The translations under genes were made by a program, and so were the position numbers. A stretch of DNA of 54,185 nucleotides, counting the filler, from Streblomastix strix (lineage: Eukaryota), in NCBI GenBank assembly GCA_008636045.1. It is 2 parts of 2 records of this genome, joined end to end, with 100 filler letters (N's around TTAATTAATTAA, not from the genome) between each part and the next. Parts side by side here need not be neighbours in the genome. Positions count along the whole stretch, not along the records: positions 27,196 to 54,185 come from SNRW01000152.1; 1 more part is not named here. One strand, 5' to 3'. The notes beneath the pieces are model-generated. The model searched no databases. It worked only from the letters and a program-made list of their open reading frames with translations, and was not told the origin of the DNA. Below, piece after piece: positions 39,001-52,422 of the stretch (the first letter of the stretch is position 1; each line of letters begins with the position of its first letter).

Positions 39001-39429
39001 AGAACACACCATATATAAATTAAATAATTCAACTTTTTCATTCATTATAATTATATTTTTAATAAAATTAAAGATTTTAATGCTTAAAAAATAAAATTAT
39101 TAATTTAATTTAAAAAAGATAATTCTTAATTTTTTATTAATTCAAAAATTTTGTTTAGATATATAATAGCACATCTAAATTTATGATTTGGATTACCGAA
39201 TTAATATACAATTATTCTATTATTTTAATTAATTAAAATATATTTAACTATCTTTAATGGTTTTATCTCCATGAATAGTCAATTTATATTTTTTTCGGAT
39301 AATCTTTACTTTATTTGTAGATACTTCTTAATTATTTAAACTATCAAAACATTGCAACTCGCATGATAAAACAATTTAAATTTGTTTATTTATAAATAAG
39401 CAGGAGAACCAATTTGGTAGTTAAGTGAG

Positions 39430-39610
39430 TTATTCGAAAGTTATGATGTAGCAAGAAATGATCCTGATTAAAATGAATTATTTGAAAATTATGATATGGC
39501 TGGAGTAGAACCAGGTAATGAAGTATTATTTGAAAGTTATGATATGGCTGGAGTAGAACCAGGTAATAAAGAATTATTTGAAAGTAATCATTATGCGGAA
39601 AACAGACCTA
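39430..39610. repeat. 48-bp tandem repeat, about 3.7 units, probably coding (16 aa) in a decayed low-complexity ORF
   Basis: Units start 39430, 39478, 39526, 39574 (ttatttgaaagttatgatatggctggagtagaaccaggtaat...). Confidence 0.85.
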
Positions 39611-40433
39611 GAGAGTTTTAAAATTCGGCGGTTGTTATTAATTAATTTTATTTTGGAGTCGAACAATTGATAGGCGAGTTTGATTTTCAGGAAGATTAAA
39701 GTGAAATGGTAGAATTTAACTCTTTTTAAGCATTAGCTATGCTATTCCTCGAGATTGAATTTAAATTTTTAGGCGATGATTTTGGTAGATTTTTATTTGA
39801 TGATAACGTATCAGGAATGGAGATAAATTAATTTTTCAAATTTGAATATTGATAATTTGAATTTTTCTTTGGTTTTGATAGAATATTTTATTAATTAGTA
39901 CTTTAGGTAATAACTATCTTCATATATTATGTTGATTACCAGATTCTTGGAGTTTTTTAAGAACTACTACAATTTAATTTCTGAATTGTTGAAGATGAAA
40001 AAGATGATGAAGAAGAAGAAGTTGTGAAATGAAGTAATTATGTTTGTTACTGATTATTAAATTAATTGTTATATTAATTTTATTGTCTTCATAACCCAAT
40101 ATATAATTAATTGGACTATTATTTTCTTTATTATTTTTATGTAATATACGTATTATTTATTATTTACTATCCAATATTTTGAAAATTTTCTTTCCCAGAA
40201 TATTAAATTTCGTCATATATCTATGATATATGATTATGTGTTATTAATTTATTTGCATTATGTTATTCAATGTCATTATCTGTTTCTTTTTCAATTGATT
40301 AATTATTATTAATTATATCTTTTTCAATTGACTTATTATTATTAATATTAATTTTGATTTAATTGTTAATTTTTTATAATGATTAAATTTCATCAATATT
40401 GGATATTTTATTTGTTATTTAACTAAACTCTTA

Positions 40434-41109
40434 CAGTCGGAATTGTATTTTCGTTAATTTGTTAATATATTTATTTTAATAAAAAATTAACTTTGCAAAT
40501 AAGTTTCGATATTATTTATTACATATTTGTATTTTTAATTTCATTTATTTATTATTGTTTTTTGCCAAAAGATAGGAAAATCATTGTATTGGTCGAGAAA
40601 GAAGCTAAGTGCAAGATTGATTTGTATATACTGGCCTGTAAATGCAAAATGTTTGAAATATAATATATTTTATTAATTATTTGCGCTTTATTTAAATTTT
40701 ATTCACAATTTTATTCAAATTGCAGGTTTAGTGTAACAGGACTCAAGGAAAGTTTTTTTACATTTTTATTTTCTTAATTTTTTACCAAATACACCGATTT
40801 AAAAGCAAATTTTCTGAATTTGTATCCAACTATTTATTTTTATTTTGTATAGAACTCAAACATTTAGTTAATATTGCAATTTTGTCCCGTTTAATTTTTT
40901 ATTAAAATTTTTTACAAATAATCTGTTGATTATTGGTTCAGTTATTAATATTTAAATGAATACATTGTTATAAATATTATATTCATGTTGTTTGTTTTTG
41001 TTTTTTTATTTATTATTATACAAATAATATTTATATTTATTGAAGAATTTTCGATTTTCACTGAAATGCATATGAAATTAACAAATTAACGAAAATACAA
41101 TTCCGACTG
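40434..41109. mobile_element. Non-autonomous Tc1/pogo-type MITE, 676 bp
   Basis: Perfect 33-bp TIRs cagtcggaattgtattttcgttaatttgttaat (40434-40466, 41077-41109), TA on both flanks, no transposase inside. Confidence 0.92.
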
Positions 41110-42279
41110 TATTTAAGCTATTTTATTTATCGTATTCATTATAAATTTCAATAATTAATAATAGATAATTAAAATTAATTCAAATTCGTTTATTACGAAG
41201 AGTCTCTCTACATTCTTTTAATGCATTTTTTGCCCGTCTCACAGTCCAGTGAGATATTTAAAGCGGTTCTACCTTCAGATCGGTTATACCTATATTTTTT
41301 CTTCGAATCTCTAATTTGTTTCATTAGATTCAGGAATTATTATATTAATCATTTGATAAATAGTGCACCTGTTTAAATAATATAAAAATTCAAATTCCAG
41401 AATATAATGAGAAATTATTAGAGTTTAAAAAATTAAAGTAAATTAATTAAATTTGTATGGTTTTGTATGCATAATTGAAGTTAAAAGTAATAATAATAAA
41501 ATAAACGAAAAATTTATATTAAAATAAAAAATTGTTACAAATTAAATCTGATTCAATCAAACTACATATGAAAAATACGAGAAAGCATTATATGGAACAT
41601 TCATTATAAAATTATTATAATTAAGCTGATGTAAACATAAAAAATATAAACATTATGAAGAATAAATATAAATTTAATCAAAGCGTATTTAGAAATCTGT
41701 TTGTCAAATTTTTGCTGTGATTGCACTTTTTCAATCAATTATTTATTGATTAAAACTTCATAATATGTAAATAACCATTGTGTTTCATAGGAAATTAACG
41801 TTTGAAAAGGTATAAGTAATTTATTAAAACCTCCAATACAATTTTTTAAGACCTTTATACATTTTTGTAATTTTTTTGTCATCATGGGGAACAACTAATT
41901 TTTGATTTGCCAAATTAAAAATTGGTCTGTAAATAAATCTATTACATATAAGTCTCTTGTGCGGGTTTTTACATTTGTGCGGGTTTTTCTTTGTACCTTA
42001 ATATTCAATTATTTAAAATATAATCTTTAATGTATTGGTTTAATAAATTGGTGGGTTTATTTTAAAAATATATCCAAAATATATAATGAAGCAAAATTAA
42101 TAACAATATAATTGAAAAAATTGCTCTTATTATTTTTTTTTCAAGAACCAAAGGCACGTGAATTTTTTAGTCGTTTTTCTCCTGCGATTTTTCTATCATA
42201 ATATCTTGCTATTCAACTAATTCATAACGACTATAAGATAATTCTAGTAAGAATTAATTCTATATTAACTTAAAGAACG

Positions 42280-42420
42280 AGTTATAGCCAGATTACTCAT
42301 AGCACAACAGCAGGTGCTTATTTGATTTATAACTTAGATGAATTTAAAACTTGTTTCAAACGCAACTTTTAATAAATAGCATACTCCAACAACTATTAGC
42401 AGAACCAATATAAAATCATT
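42280..42420 (+). pseudogene. Possible pogo transposase fragment
   Basis: GAYLIYNLDEFKTCF resembles the first-Asp motif (IxNxDE) of DDE_1 transposases. Confidence 0.35.
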
Positions 42421-42711
42421 TCAACATTTTTCAATTTAATTTTTTGTAATACAAGCGATACAACCTGGTTATGATTACTCTGAAAATTTCATATGTTTTA
42501 TTATATAATGAAATCACACATTTTTACAATTATTTTAGTATATGCATCTTGGTGTTGTAGTTAAATTTATATTTTCTTCTTATTTTTCTATTTTTGCTTG
42601 ATATCTTGCTCAATTTATTACTCATTTTATTATATTTAATATTCATTTTGTGATTTCTTGACTATTCTATAATCTCAGAATTTTTTGTAAGATCTTTTAG
42701 CAATAGACTTA

Positions 42712-44653
42712 ATGGCAGATTATATTGTTGATAGTGGATACTTGGATGGCGTAATGCGAGGCTTTCACACGGCTCTTTTGAGTCAGGGGGATTATGCAAA
42801 TCTTACATAAGCCGAGTAAGTTGATGACCTTAAAGTGCACCTTCTCAACACAGACTACGGCCCACTATTCCAGGATGTTCCCTCTCCGCTTACAGCCAAT
42901 GCTGTCGCGGAGGCTTGTACTGCAAAGATGGTCGAAGAATTTCGCTACATTCGAGCAAATGCTTATGAGCCACTTGCAACATTCATGGATTACATAACGT
43001 ATGAATTATTTATTTTATATTATACCTGATAAATATTTTTTTTTCAATAATTAGATATCAATATATGATTGATAATATAATTCTTATACTTGGAGAGACA
43101 TTGCGTGATGGAGATCCATAAGTATAGCATATATTCTACCAATAATAAATATTCTTATTGATTATAATCTTATAAAAATTGTTTATATTGAATAGGTTGC
43201 ACTTACAAAATGCCATCCATTAGGAATGTTTGAAGGTATATAAACTTTCATTAATATATTCCAAACTTTAAAATTTAATTTTATTTATCCATTAATCAGG
43301 TATAACTGCAATTTGTGTTGCATAAACGCCCGCAGATCTTTATTAACTGGCTTTGGTTAATACACCTCTTGCAAAGGTATTTTTGAGAAAAGAGAAGAGT
43401 TTTTTTTAAATACAATAACTTTTTTTATTTTTTCAAATTTTTATGATTATTTTAGTATTTCATATCTTGTCTTGCTGTTGAAGATCTTGATGAAGTCCAT
43501 GTGGAAATCATTAGAAATTTATTATATAAGGAATATTTAAGGTGTGATTTTTATATAAATTATATTTATTTATTTTTTTAATTAATAACATCTCCCAATT
43601 TATTTTTGATATTATTATTATTATTCATTATAGGGATTTCTATTAATATGTAACAACAAAACTGGATGATGATACTGCTGAGGTAAGAAATTAATTAATT
43701 ATTATACAAATTTGAAATTAATTTTATTATTATTATTATTATTATTCATTTTCCATCAATATTTTAGGTTATGGGAGATTTACTTCGTTTTGAAGGCATG
43801 TTATTTTATTTAATTATTTACACTAATATTTCTTATTTTATTAATAATCTATAAAACATATATAATTATATTAGGCGATCGTCGCTCATTGAGTATCACA
43901 GTGAACAGTTGGGCTGCTGGATTAAGTAGAGATGAAAGGTTTATTAATTAGATAAGGAAATAACATCATTAATTAGAATTATATGAAATATTAGGAAATT
44001 AGTTATTGAAAAGATGCTTTAATTTATTTTCTTTGTGTTTATTCATAATTGCATTTGTTAGATTGAGACTTTATCCAACAGTTGGAGAACTTGGAACTGA
44101 AGGACAATAACGACTTGCAAGTGCAGATGATATGGAAGTGTGTTAGCATTAGTAGCTTTCAGGTTTTTTCCTATTTTATATTCTCTTTTTATTATCAGGG
44201 AGTTATGGCTGCAGTTGAAACAATTGATATTTATAGAAATATGCTTTAGCGCTTATAAGTATGATATAGTTAATTAAATGAAATAATTATTTTATATATA
44301 AACCTTGATTTTTTTAATCTATCATAACTATTGGCTTTGTTTATAAATATAAACAGGAATCCGGAACATCAAAAACACTTGAAGATGAATTTGTAGAGGA
44401 AGAAATCAAAATCAATCAGATTTCAATGGCAAGAGAGTTCCAATATGGAGCATTCTATGCATATTTCAAATTGAAGGTATTTATTTATTTATTTTATTAT
44501 TATTATATTAAATACGAAACATTTCTAATATATTATATTATTTATTTATTTGCTTATAAATTCCAGGAGCAAGAAATCAGGAATATTGTGTGGATTGCTG
44601 AATGCATTGCATAGAAAAAGAAAGATAGAATTCATCAGTTTATACCCGTTTGA
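42712..44653 (+). CDS. ATP6V0D: V-type proton ATPase V0 subunit d
   Basis: [83 protein letters not shown]; about 11 introns; TGA 44651-44653. Confidence 0.96.
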
Positions 44654-44829
44654 TCTCTTTTTTCGAGTTATTCATAGTATAAACAAGTAGTCCAAAGAGT
44701 ATATATTTTCAATAGTATTTTTTAATAGCATACTCTAATCTTATTCAATATCGTCCAATAAATATGCACAACATATAAAAAAAAATATTTCAATTTTTTC
44801 TTTGTCAATTTATTTATTTTAAAAACATA

Positions 44830-46775
44830 TCAACAACCAAGCATGCTATTTGCGAAGTTTACAAGGATAAGAACTGCTGGAAGTTGGGCTTCTTTATTCC
44901 AATGATATGAAACAAGATAGAGAGAATCGACAAGCCCAATATCTTCAGCAAACTCAACAAATTCTTCTTCAAAGGTCATCAATTAGTTCAGTAAAGCTGT
45001 TAAACTAGATCGTGAATTCCTTCCAACTCTTTATATTCCACAACTGCTATCCATCTTTATATCCCTTTGTCTTGTTTTCAATACACTTGATAAGCAGCTT
45101 ACACACATTAGTAAAATATTATCTCCTTCATTTGAGCTCATATTAATCATCAAGCAAATATTCTTACCCATAAAATGAATAGCTTCCATTCTAAGAGGAT
45201 CTGTGGGAAGCAGATCACAGAATTAGAAAAGAAGTGAAATACAGCTATGCTGAATTTGTCTTAAGTTCTTTTCAATAATTCCTTAATACAAATCAACATC
45301 AGATTGTTATTATTAAACGACAATATTTTCATGTTCAATTAGCGTTTCGTTCTAATTCAATTATGCAATTTGTCTATTAATTAAAGTAGTTTGTTTCTTA
45401 ACGTTGTTTGTTTATAGCTAATTGCTCAATGATGTAGGTTTCTTAATGCTTGAATTCTATAACTTTTATTTGCTAATTATATATGATGAAGATTTAGCCT
45501 TTACGATTGTGGTAACTCCTTTGGCTTTTCCAATCAAATTTGTTGAAGAAAAATTAGTACTAATTTTTTTATCTTAATCGACATTTGGAGTGTTTTATTC
45601 TATAATATTGTTTGTTGAATTCGTTGAAATGATTGATTAAGATAATTGAAAGTTCATTTTTAATTTTCTTTTCCTCTTTCGTATTATGACATTGTTCTAT
45701 TCAACACAACTTATCCAATTACATATCTTCTATAACAGCTCTTATGAGTTAGAAATGATAGCTTATCCGTATTCGCCCGAAGAAAGAATACTGAGAATCT
45801 CAAATGAATCAGATGTAAATTATATTTACAAAATGAAATTAGTCATTAAATATGATTCATGATTTTCATTTTCGTATTCATTTTGAAAAATTTAATTCTG
45901 AAGTTAAAAAAATGTTATTGGAAGAACATGATTTACAACTTGTGTGAACGAATGAGTAACAATAAGTGTTTATATCTCTCTATTTGAAACACGAGCTGGC
46001 GTATAGTTGTCTCTTAAATAAATACGAATAATCTTCATTGCAGATGAAACAACAGAAATATCTTCAATTTATCTTGTAAGTAACTACATAATTTAGCCAA
46101 TAGTTCCTGTTTCCATTAAATGTAATTAATTTTCTATAAATAATAAAAATATTTAAATTTAATAATCGAATTAAGTAGTTAATTAATATATATTAAAGTA
46201 ATTAAAAAAATCAAACATTTACATTCAACGATTCCTGCAATCACATGCAATGCAAGTTACGTTTGTTCAACATTTTCATTATTTATTTCCTCTCTCTTTC
46301 TTCCAACTGATGTCAATCTCGCCATCATTTATTTTGCAAGTAGATTCACATCACGAAGCAAAGATTAGTTCAATCATTTAGATTTATTAAGAAGGGATAT
46401 GATAATAATGATTGCATTTTTAGCTTCATAATTTGTTTTAGAGTTTCCAACAATCATCTCAAGTTTGGTTATTAATCCGCATTATTCAAATATTTGAAAA
46501 AGGCTATTTGGTTCATTTTCGTTTGTTTCATAAGCTCCCCTTTCTACTAGTGATGTAAGAGTTTGAAGGAATATGATTTCTTCTCTTTTCTAACCTGTAC
46601 CAATTAGTTTTCCAAACTTAATTAGAAGTTCTTTTGAAATGCTATTAGAAAAAATTTGTTTTGGAAGTTCCCATAAAACTTTCTTTAAGTTTTCAATCAA
46701 ATTTTAGAATTTTTCTTTATTTTCAATCTCAACTTCAGCCTTTTCTAAAAGAGTATAAAGTTCACGATCTGCCAT
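44830..46775 (-). CDS. Hypothetical alpha-helical (ARM-like) protein, one intron
   Basis: Continuous frame with TAR=Gln from MADRELYTLLEKAE to ...NFANSMLGC-TGA; intron about 46135-46222; no clear family recognised. Confidence 0.75.
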
Positions 46776-47880
46776 CTTATAAAAATTTGGGTATAATTAA
46801 AGAAAAAATTAATGCAATTTAATTTCAATAATAAAATTGTAATTAATAATGAATTATGATTATTTTTGTTCAAAAATATTCATATTTTTTTAAAAAATAA
46901 GTAATTGAAATAATGCCTCTCTTTCACCATTAGTATTCAATAATTTTCAATATCAATTCTTTTGCAGTTTGAAATGTGTCAATTATAAAATCCAAATAGT
47001 ATCAGATAATTAAACAATCGTAAAACATTCAATTCATTAAAATTAATATAAAATAAGAAATTTTTTTCTGAATAATCTGAAGCGAAATGGTAAAATAAAA
47101 CTTGTGAATAATTTTAAGTGTTTAGGACATATGCATTTGTAATATAAATAATAAATATCTGAAAAATATGCAAATATATTATAAATTAATTAATTAATTA
47201 AAATTAATGTTCATGTTCTACAAATGCCAGAAATAAGGTCTTAAACTTTTACTTAAGAAATAGATAAAAAAATTATATCTATATTATTATGTATATATTA
47301 TAATAAAATATTATTGAATTATTTTATATAAAATTGAAAGGATAAATTTGAGAATAAACATTTTTTAAAGAAAAGCAAGAGATTAAAGTTTTTTATAGTT
47401 TTTTTCAAGTATTACAAATAATTCAATCTTGACTTTAACCGATTCTTTTTAAATGCATGATTAAATAAATAATTTAACACACCCTTTCTATTTGTAAGCC
47501 ATACTCAGACAAATTAAAAAATTTTATGTTTATGCGCCTTAACTAACAATTTATTCAAAATTAAAAACGTCTCAACATTTAATAATTATTATATAGTCTG
47601 TTTTCAGACAAATAAATAAAGAAACTGCCGTTAGACTTAGCACAAAATATATTTTAAAATCAATTTTTTTATTTTTTATCGTTCTCAAAATATTTTAACT
47701 TTATTTACTTAGTTTAATTTATAAAAATTCAATAATTAATTATTTAATATTAAATATATTAATTGCTGGTTTGTTTTATTGTGTTGCTTCAAATTTATTT
47801 TCAATTTTCTGTTTTTTTATTAATTCATTTTGTTCTCATTTTTTTTTAATTTTTTAAGCTATTTACATTTTAGATATTAA

Positions 47881-50800
47881 ATGACTATTCCACCAAGTGA
47901 ATTTATTAAAGCTGCAGGTATTATTGTTATTATTAATTTTTTAATTTAAATTATAATTCGATTTTAATATGATTTTTAATACAATAAAACAAAATTATTT
48001 TATTTCTACTTATATTTCAGGAAATTAAGTATGCAATATTTTTATTTTATTGTGTGTATTATCAATTAATAATATTTAACTTAAATCAGAATGGAAACAA
48101 TCGTGAAATTTTCCTTAGAAACATTCCGCCAAGAATTACAGAATATGATATTGAACAAGAGTTAGAAAAGAAATTAGGAAAGGGATGTATCTTAGAATCG
48201 TATGTAGCTCAGAGCCGCGGCTAATTTAAGGACGTCAGGGCCATAAAGATAACACTAGAGACACCTGAACAAGGCTTGAAATTATTATTATTATTATTTT
48301 ACTAATCAACTATCAATTTTTTTAATCAGCAAAAAAAATTGCTGATGAGAGATTGATTAAAGTAAAAGATATATTAATTGATGTTTCATACTATGTAAAT
48401 ATAAAGAATATAAAGAAAATGCTTGCTAATGAAAATGCATCTAAATCTCCATTATAATCATCTATATTGAACGTTTAATAACATGATTTCAGAGATTTAC
48501 CTAAAAAAAGTCCACTAGTAAATAAAGATACACCAAAGGGAACAAATTCAGAAGTGCAATCATAAATTACACAGAATCAATAAAATATATAACTTAGCAC
48601 CAAAACATAATCCATCAAACTTAAACCTTTAACTTAAAAATAAAGTTTTAAAAAGATAAAATAATAACTATCACTTCACGTTATTGGATTAACACCGATC
48701 TATGATAAACAATATCTAAAAGAAAGAATAGAGAGAATTTCTGGTAAAGATTCTGTTTTTTCCATAAAAATAAATGAATTTTCAAAAGGAGAGCACTCAT
48801 TCAGAAAAGCCCGTGTTGTAATGAATAAGATAGAAAATGGAAATTTAATAATTGATAGATAGCATGAATTGCCACCTTTGAAAGTGGAATGGTATGCAAC
48901 AAAAAAAGATCGAATTCTTGGAATAAATAAAGCCTAACATCCATAAAATATTGCTCCACCATTTGACGATTCATAATATTTTGGAAGGAAAAATGATAAT
49001 ATCAGCCTCCAGACTGATTAGTTTAGTAAATATATATAATAATTTGCTAACACTACACTTATACCTGAAAACATTCCATAATAGACACAAGGTTTCAATT
49101 CTAATTTCATAGAATAAAATTAAATTTCAATTCCTAACCAATCTTTATAAAATTATGATATGCTCAATGCGTTATCTGCTAGTTTCTCACAATATTTAGA
49201 TCCTAATTTTATGGGAATGACGAGTATTAATGTTGAAAATTCTAAAACATTTTAACCAAATAAAATTCTTAACACTCAATAAATATCAAATAATCTTGGA
49301 GTTTAGAAGTTTAGTTAATATGATGAACAAAACTTTAATATTTTAAATCAATCATTACAGTAGAAATAACCTAAAATGATGAATATTCAACATCCAAATA
49401 TTAATACTGGGTAAGTTGGTGGAGTTTAAGATAATTTTAATCTAAATTAAACAGTCTCTTAAGTAAAACCTTAATTAAACATTTAAGCAAAAAGTTTTAT
49501 TAATAAAAACTAATAGTTTAACAAAATAACTGATAAATCAGAAAGCAAATAATATATTGATCCAACAAGAATACAATCTGTGTAACAACCAGTCTTATTA
49601 CCAAAGTAATAGAATCATATGCCAATTCAACAAAATTTATAATAATAATTCATTAATACTATAACTTAAATTCCATTAAAAGATTTCCAATTACCTTAAA
49701 TACAATAGTAGATTAAATTTCCCGTGAAATAAGATAATATACAATAGAATTTTTAGGAGATTAATTTAATTCCAAATCAGCTACAACCTGTTAAAACATT
49801 GATTTTACTGCCATAAAATCCTGCATAAACTAAAAACCAATCTTTACCACTTCAAAAATCTCTAGACATTATTCATAATCAACCAGAATAGTTATAAAAT
49901 AAATAAACTCATATATAAACTGAGTAGACTTAAAAGAATCAAAAATCATTTCAAATTCCTATATCATCTAATGTTATAACAAATAAAAATTTAAATTCAT
50001 CTGAATTTAATTAGTTAAAACCATCTTAATTGCCTTAATAATAATTTTAATCTCTTTCATTGATATCAGATTAATAATAAGAATTTTCACCATATCATCT
50101 TTCTATTAAAGGTAATAATTTAATTTAGTAAAAAAATGGGAAATAAGAAGAATCAAAATTGTTAAAAGGGAAAAACTAATTAATTGATAATAATTTGAAT
50201 AACAAATAAAATATTTTGAAATAAGAATAAAGTTTGCAATTAGAATAAATCCTTGGAAATCAAATTTAAAATGAAAAAGAAAAGAATGGCTAGAATGTAA
50301 AGGTAAAAGAAATTGAATTAGTATATGAAAAAAAGGAAAAAGAATAAAAATATAAAGATAATGATGAAATAAAAGAAAGAAAATAAGATGAAGATGAAGA
50401 AGAAGATGATGATGAAAAAGAATAGGAATATGATGAGGAAGATGAGGAAGATGAAGAAGATCAAAATTAAGAAGAATTAAGTGATAATGAAACTGAATTT
50501 GATATGTCAATATTAGATTAAGGAACTGATGAAGAGAAGAAGAATAACATTGGAGAATTCATTTATGAATTTGCTTCTAAGAATCACAGTTATTTGGCTG
50601 GAAAGGTTTATTTATCTTTTCTAATTTTTGATTTTACTAATTTAATTATTTTACTTTACTATCAAATTAGATAACAGGAACAATATTGAATCTTGATTTA
50701 GAGGAACTGATAATTGTTGTTCAGGATAATAAATTATTGGAAAAATAAATATATGCTTCAATTTTACTAATTTTATAAAATGCTGATGAAGTATAATAGA

Positions 50801-52044
50801 ATTTAGATGAATAAACTAAAATATTTGAAGAAGAGAAATAGAAATTTAAAGAAGAAAAAAGTTAGATGGAATATTAAAGAAAATTGTTTGAAGAAGAAAA
50901 TTAAAAGATAAAATAAGAAAATAAGAAAATTGAAGAATTATAAATAAAATTATAAATATATGAAAATGAAATGAAAAAATAAAATGAAGAACAAAAATTG
51001 AAAATTGAAGAAGATAAACAAAAGATTTATTAAGAAAAAATAGAACTAAAAAATGAAAATAAAAGAATTTAAGAATAATAAACTAAAAATATTAACGATG
51101 AGAGATAAAAATTTGAAGTAAGGAAAAATTAGATGGATGAATAAAGAAAAGCATTAGAAGAAGATTAATCAAAGATAAAGTTAGAAAAGATGAAATTATT
51201 AAATGAAAATAAAAGAATTTAAGAATAATAAATTAAGAAAATTAACGATGAGAAATAGAAATTTGAAGATGAAAAAATTTAGTTCGAATATTAAAGAAAA
51301 TTGTTTGAATAAGACTTATAAAAGATTAAAGAAGAAAAGATCAAACTTGAAAATGAAAATAAGAAAATTGAAGAATAAAAAAATGTGGCTGAAGAATAAA
51401 AAATGAAATTATAAATATAAGAAATAGAAATGAAAAAATAAAATGAAGAAGATAAACAAATAATTTAATAAGAAAAAATAAAAATAGAAGAAGGAAAATA
51501 AATGCTTCAATTAATATGGAAAAGAATTAACGAAAAGAAAGACGAAATAAAAAAGGAGAAAAAAGAAAAGAAATAAAAAATGCGAACTTTGTAGAATTCT
51601 GATCATTTATTAACACAAGATAATTTTTCTCAAAATTTTAATTAAATAGATGAAGATCAAAAATTTGAAACAAATAATTTAACTTCATCTTCATATTCTA
51701 GAGAAAATAACTTTGAAGAATTTGAAAGTGAACAAAATGAATAATCTAATTTATATTAGTAGGAAAGTAAATCAAATATAATATATTCTGACATTAATTT
51801 GTAGATGAGTATATGTATTGATAATCTTCCTATTCAAATAACAGAAGATGAACTGATGAATATTTTCAAATAATATGATTTGCAAAGTATCAATATATTG
51901 AAATCAGATGATGAATAGCAGTTGAATGTTGGATACATTACTTTTAAGAGTGAAGAATAACTTCAACGTGCTCTCATTGAGCAAAAGGAAGTCGAGATCA
52001 AAAGTCAGAAACTAGTTGTTCGTCCAGCTTCAACATCATTTTGA
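47881..52044 (+). CDS. RNA-binding protein: two N-terminal RRMs, Q/N-rich region, PABC/MLLE-like domain, coiled coil, C-terminal RRM
   Basis: EIFLRNIPPRITEYDI; LHVIGL; NIGEFIYEFASKNHSYLAGKITGTILNLDLEEL; SICIDNLPIQITEDEL...VGYITFKSEEQLQRAL; TGA 52042-52044. Confidence 0.85.
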
Positions 52045-52422
52045 AAAATGCCAAGCATTCTTGTAAAATAATTTTTTTAATCGACTAGTTATTTTTTTTG
52101 TCTAAATTGTCTGTATTTTTATGATAATTAGTTATATATATTCAAAAATTATCTACTTGTTGAACCATTTTTTATTAAAATATATCTATTTATTTCAAAA
52201 TATTGTTTTATTTTGTAATTGGTAATATAAATATAGGATTAATAAACTACTTAACTTTAAAACTATTATGAAATTTAACTCTTTGAAGTAAAAAGAATTA
52301 TTTATTTTTATTATTCTTTCATTCTTCCTTTCTAATATCTTAGTCTTTTATCAGTGTATCAATCTTTGATTTATTTATTCCTTTTTTCACATCAATATTA
52401 TTTCCCTGCATCTTCAATCTAT

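Larger units (their letters stand above)
37430..39330. repeat. Diverged direct duplicate of about 28150-32380 (signal-peptide ORF, mariner fragment, HNH relic, AT-rich tail) with large indels
   Basis: Colinear matches: 37515~28205, 38122~28473, 38210~29840, 38445~30278, 38510~31697, 39040-39325~32100-32375. Confidence 0.88.

Noticed and set aside
39430..39610. CRISPR-like periodic repeat
   Set aside because: Whole 48-bp units are repeated with no unique spacers, length is a multiple of 3, eukaryotic context, no cas genes
41957..41990. Tandem ttgtgcgggttttt motif
   Set aside because: Likely a solitary transposon-end binding repeat; no partner end found
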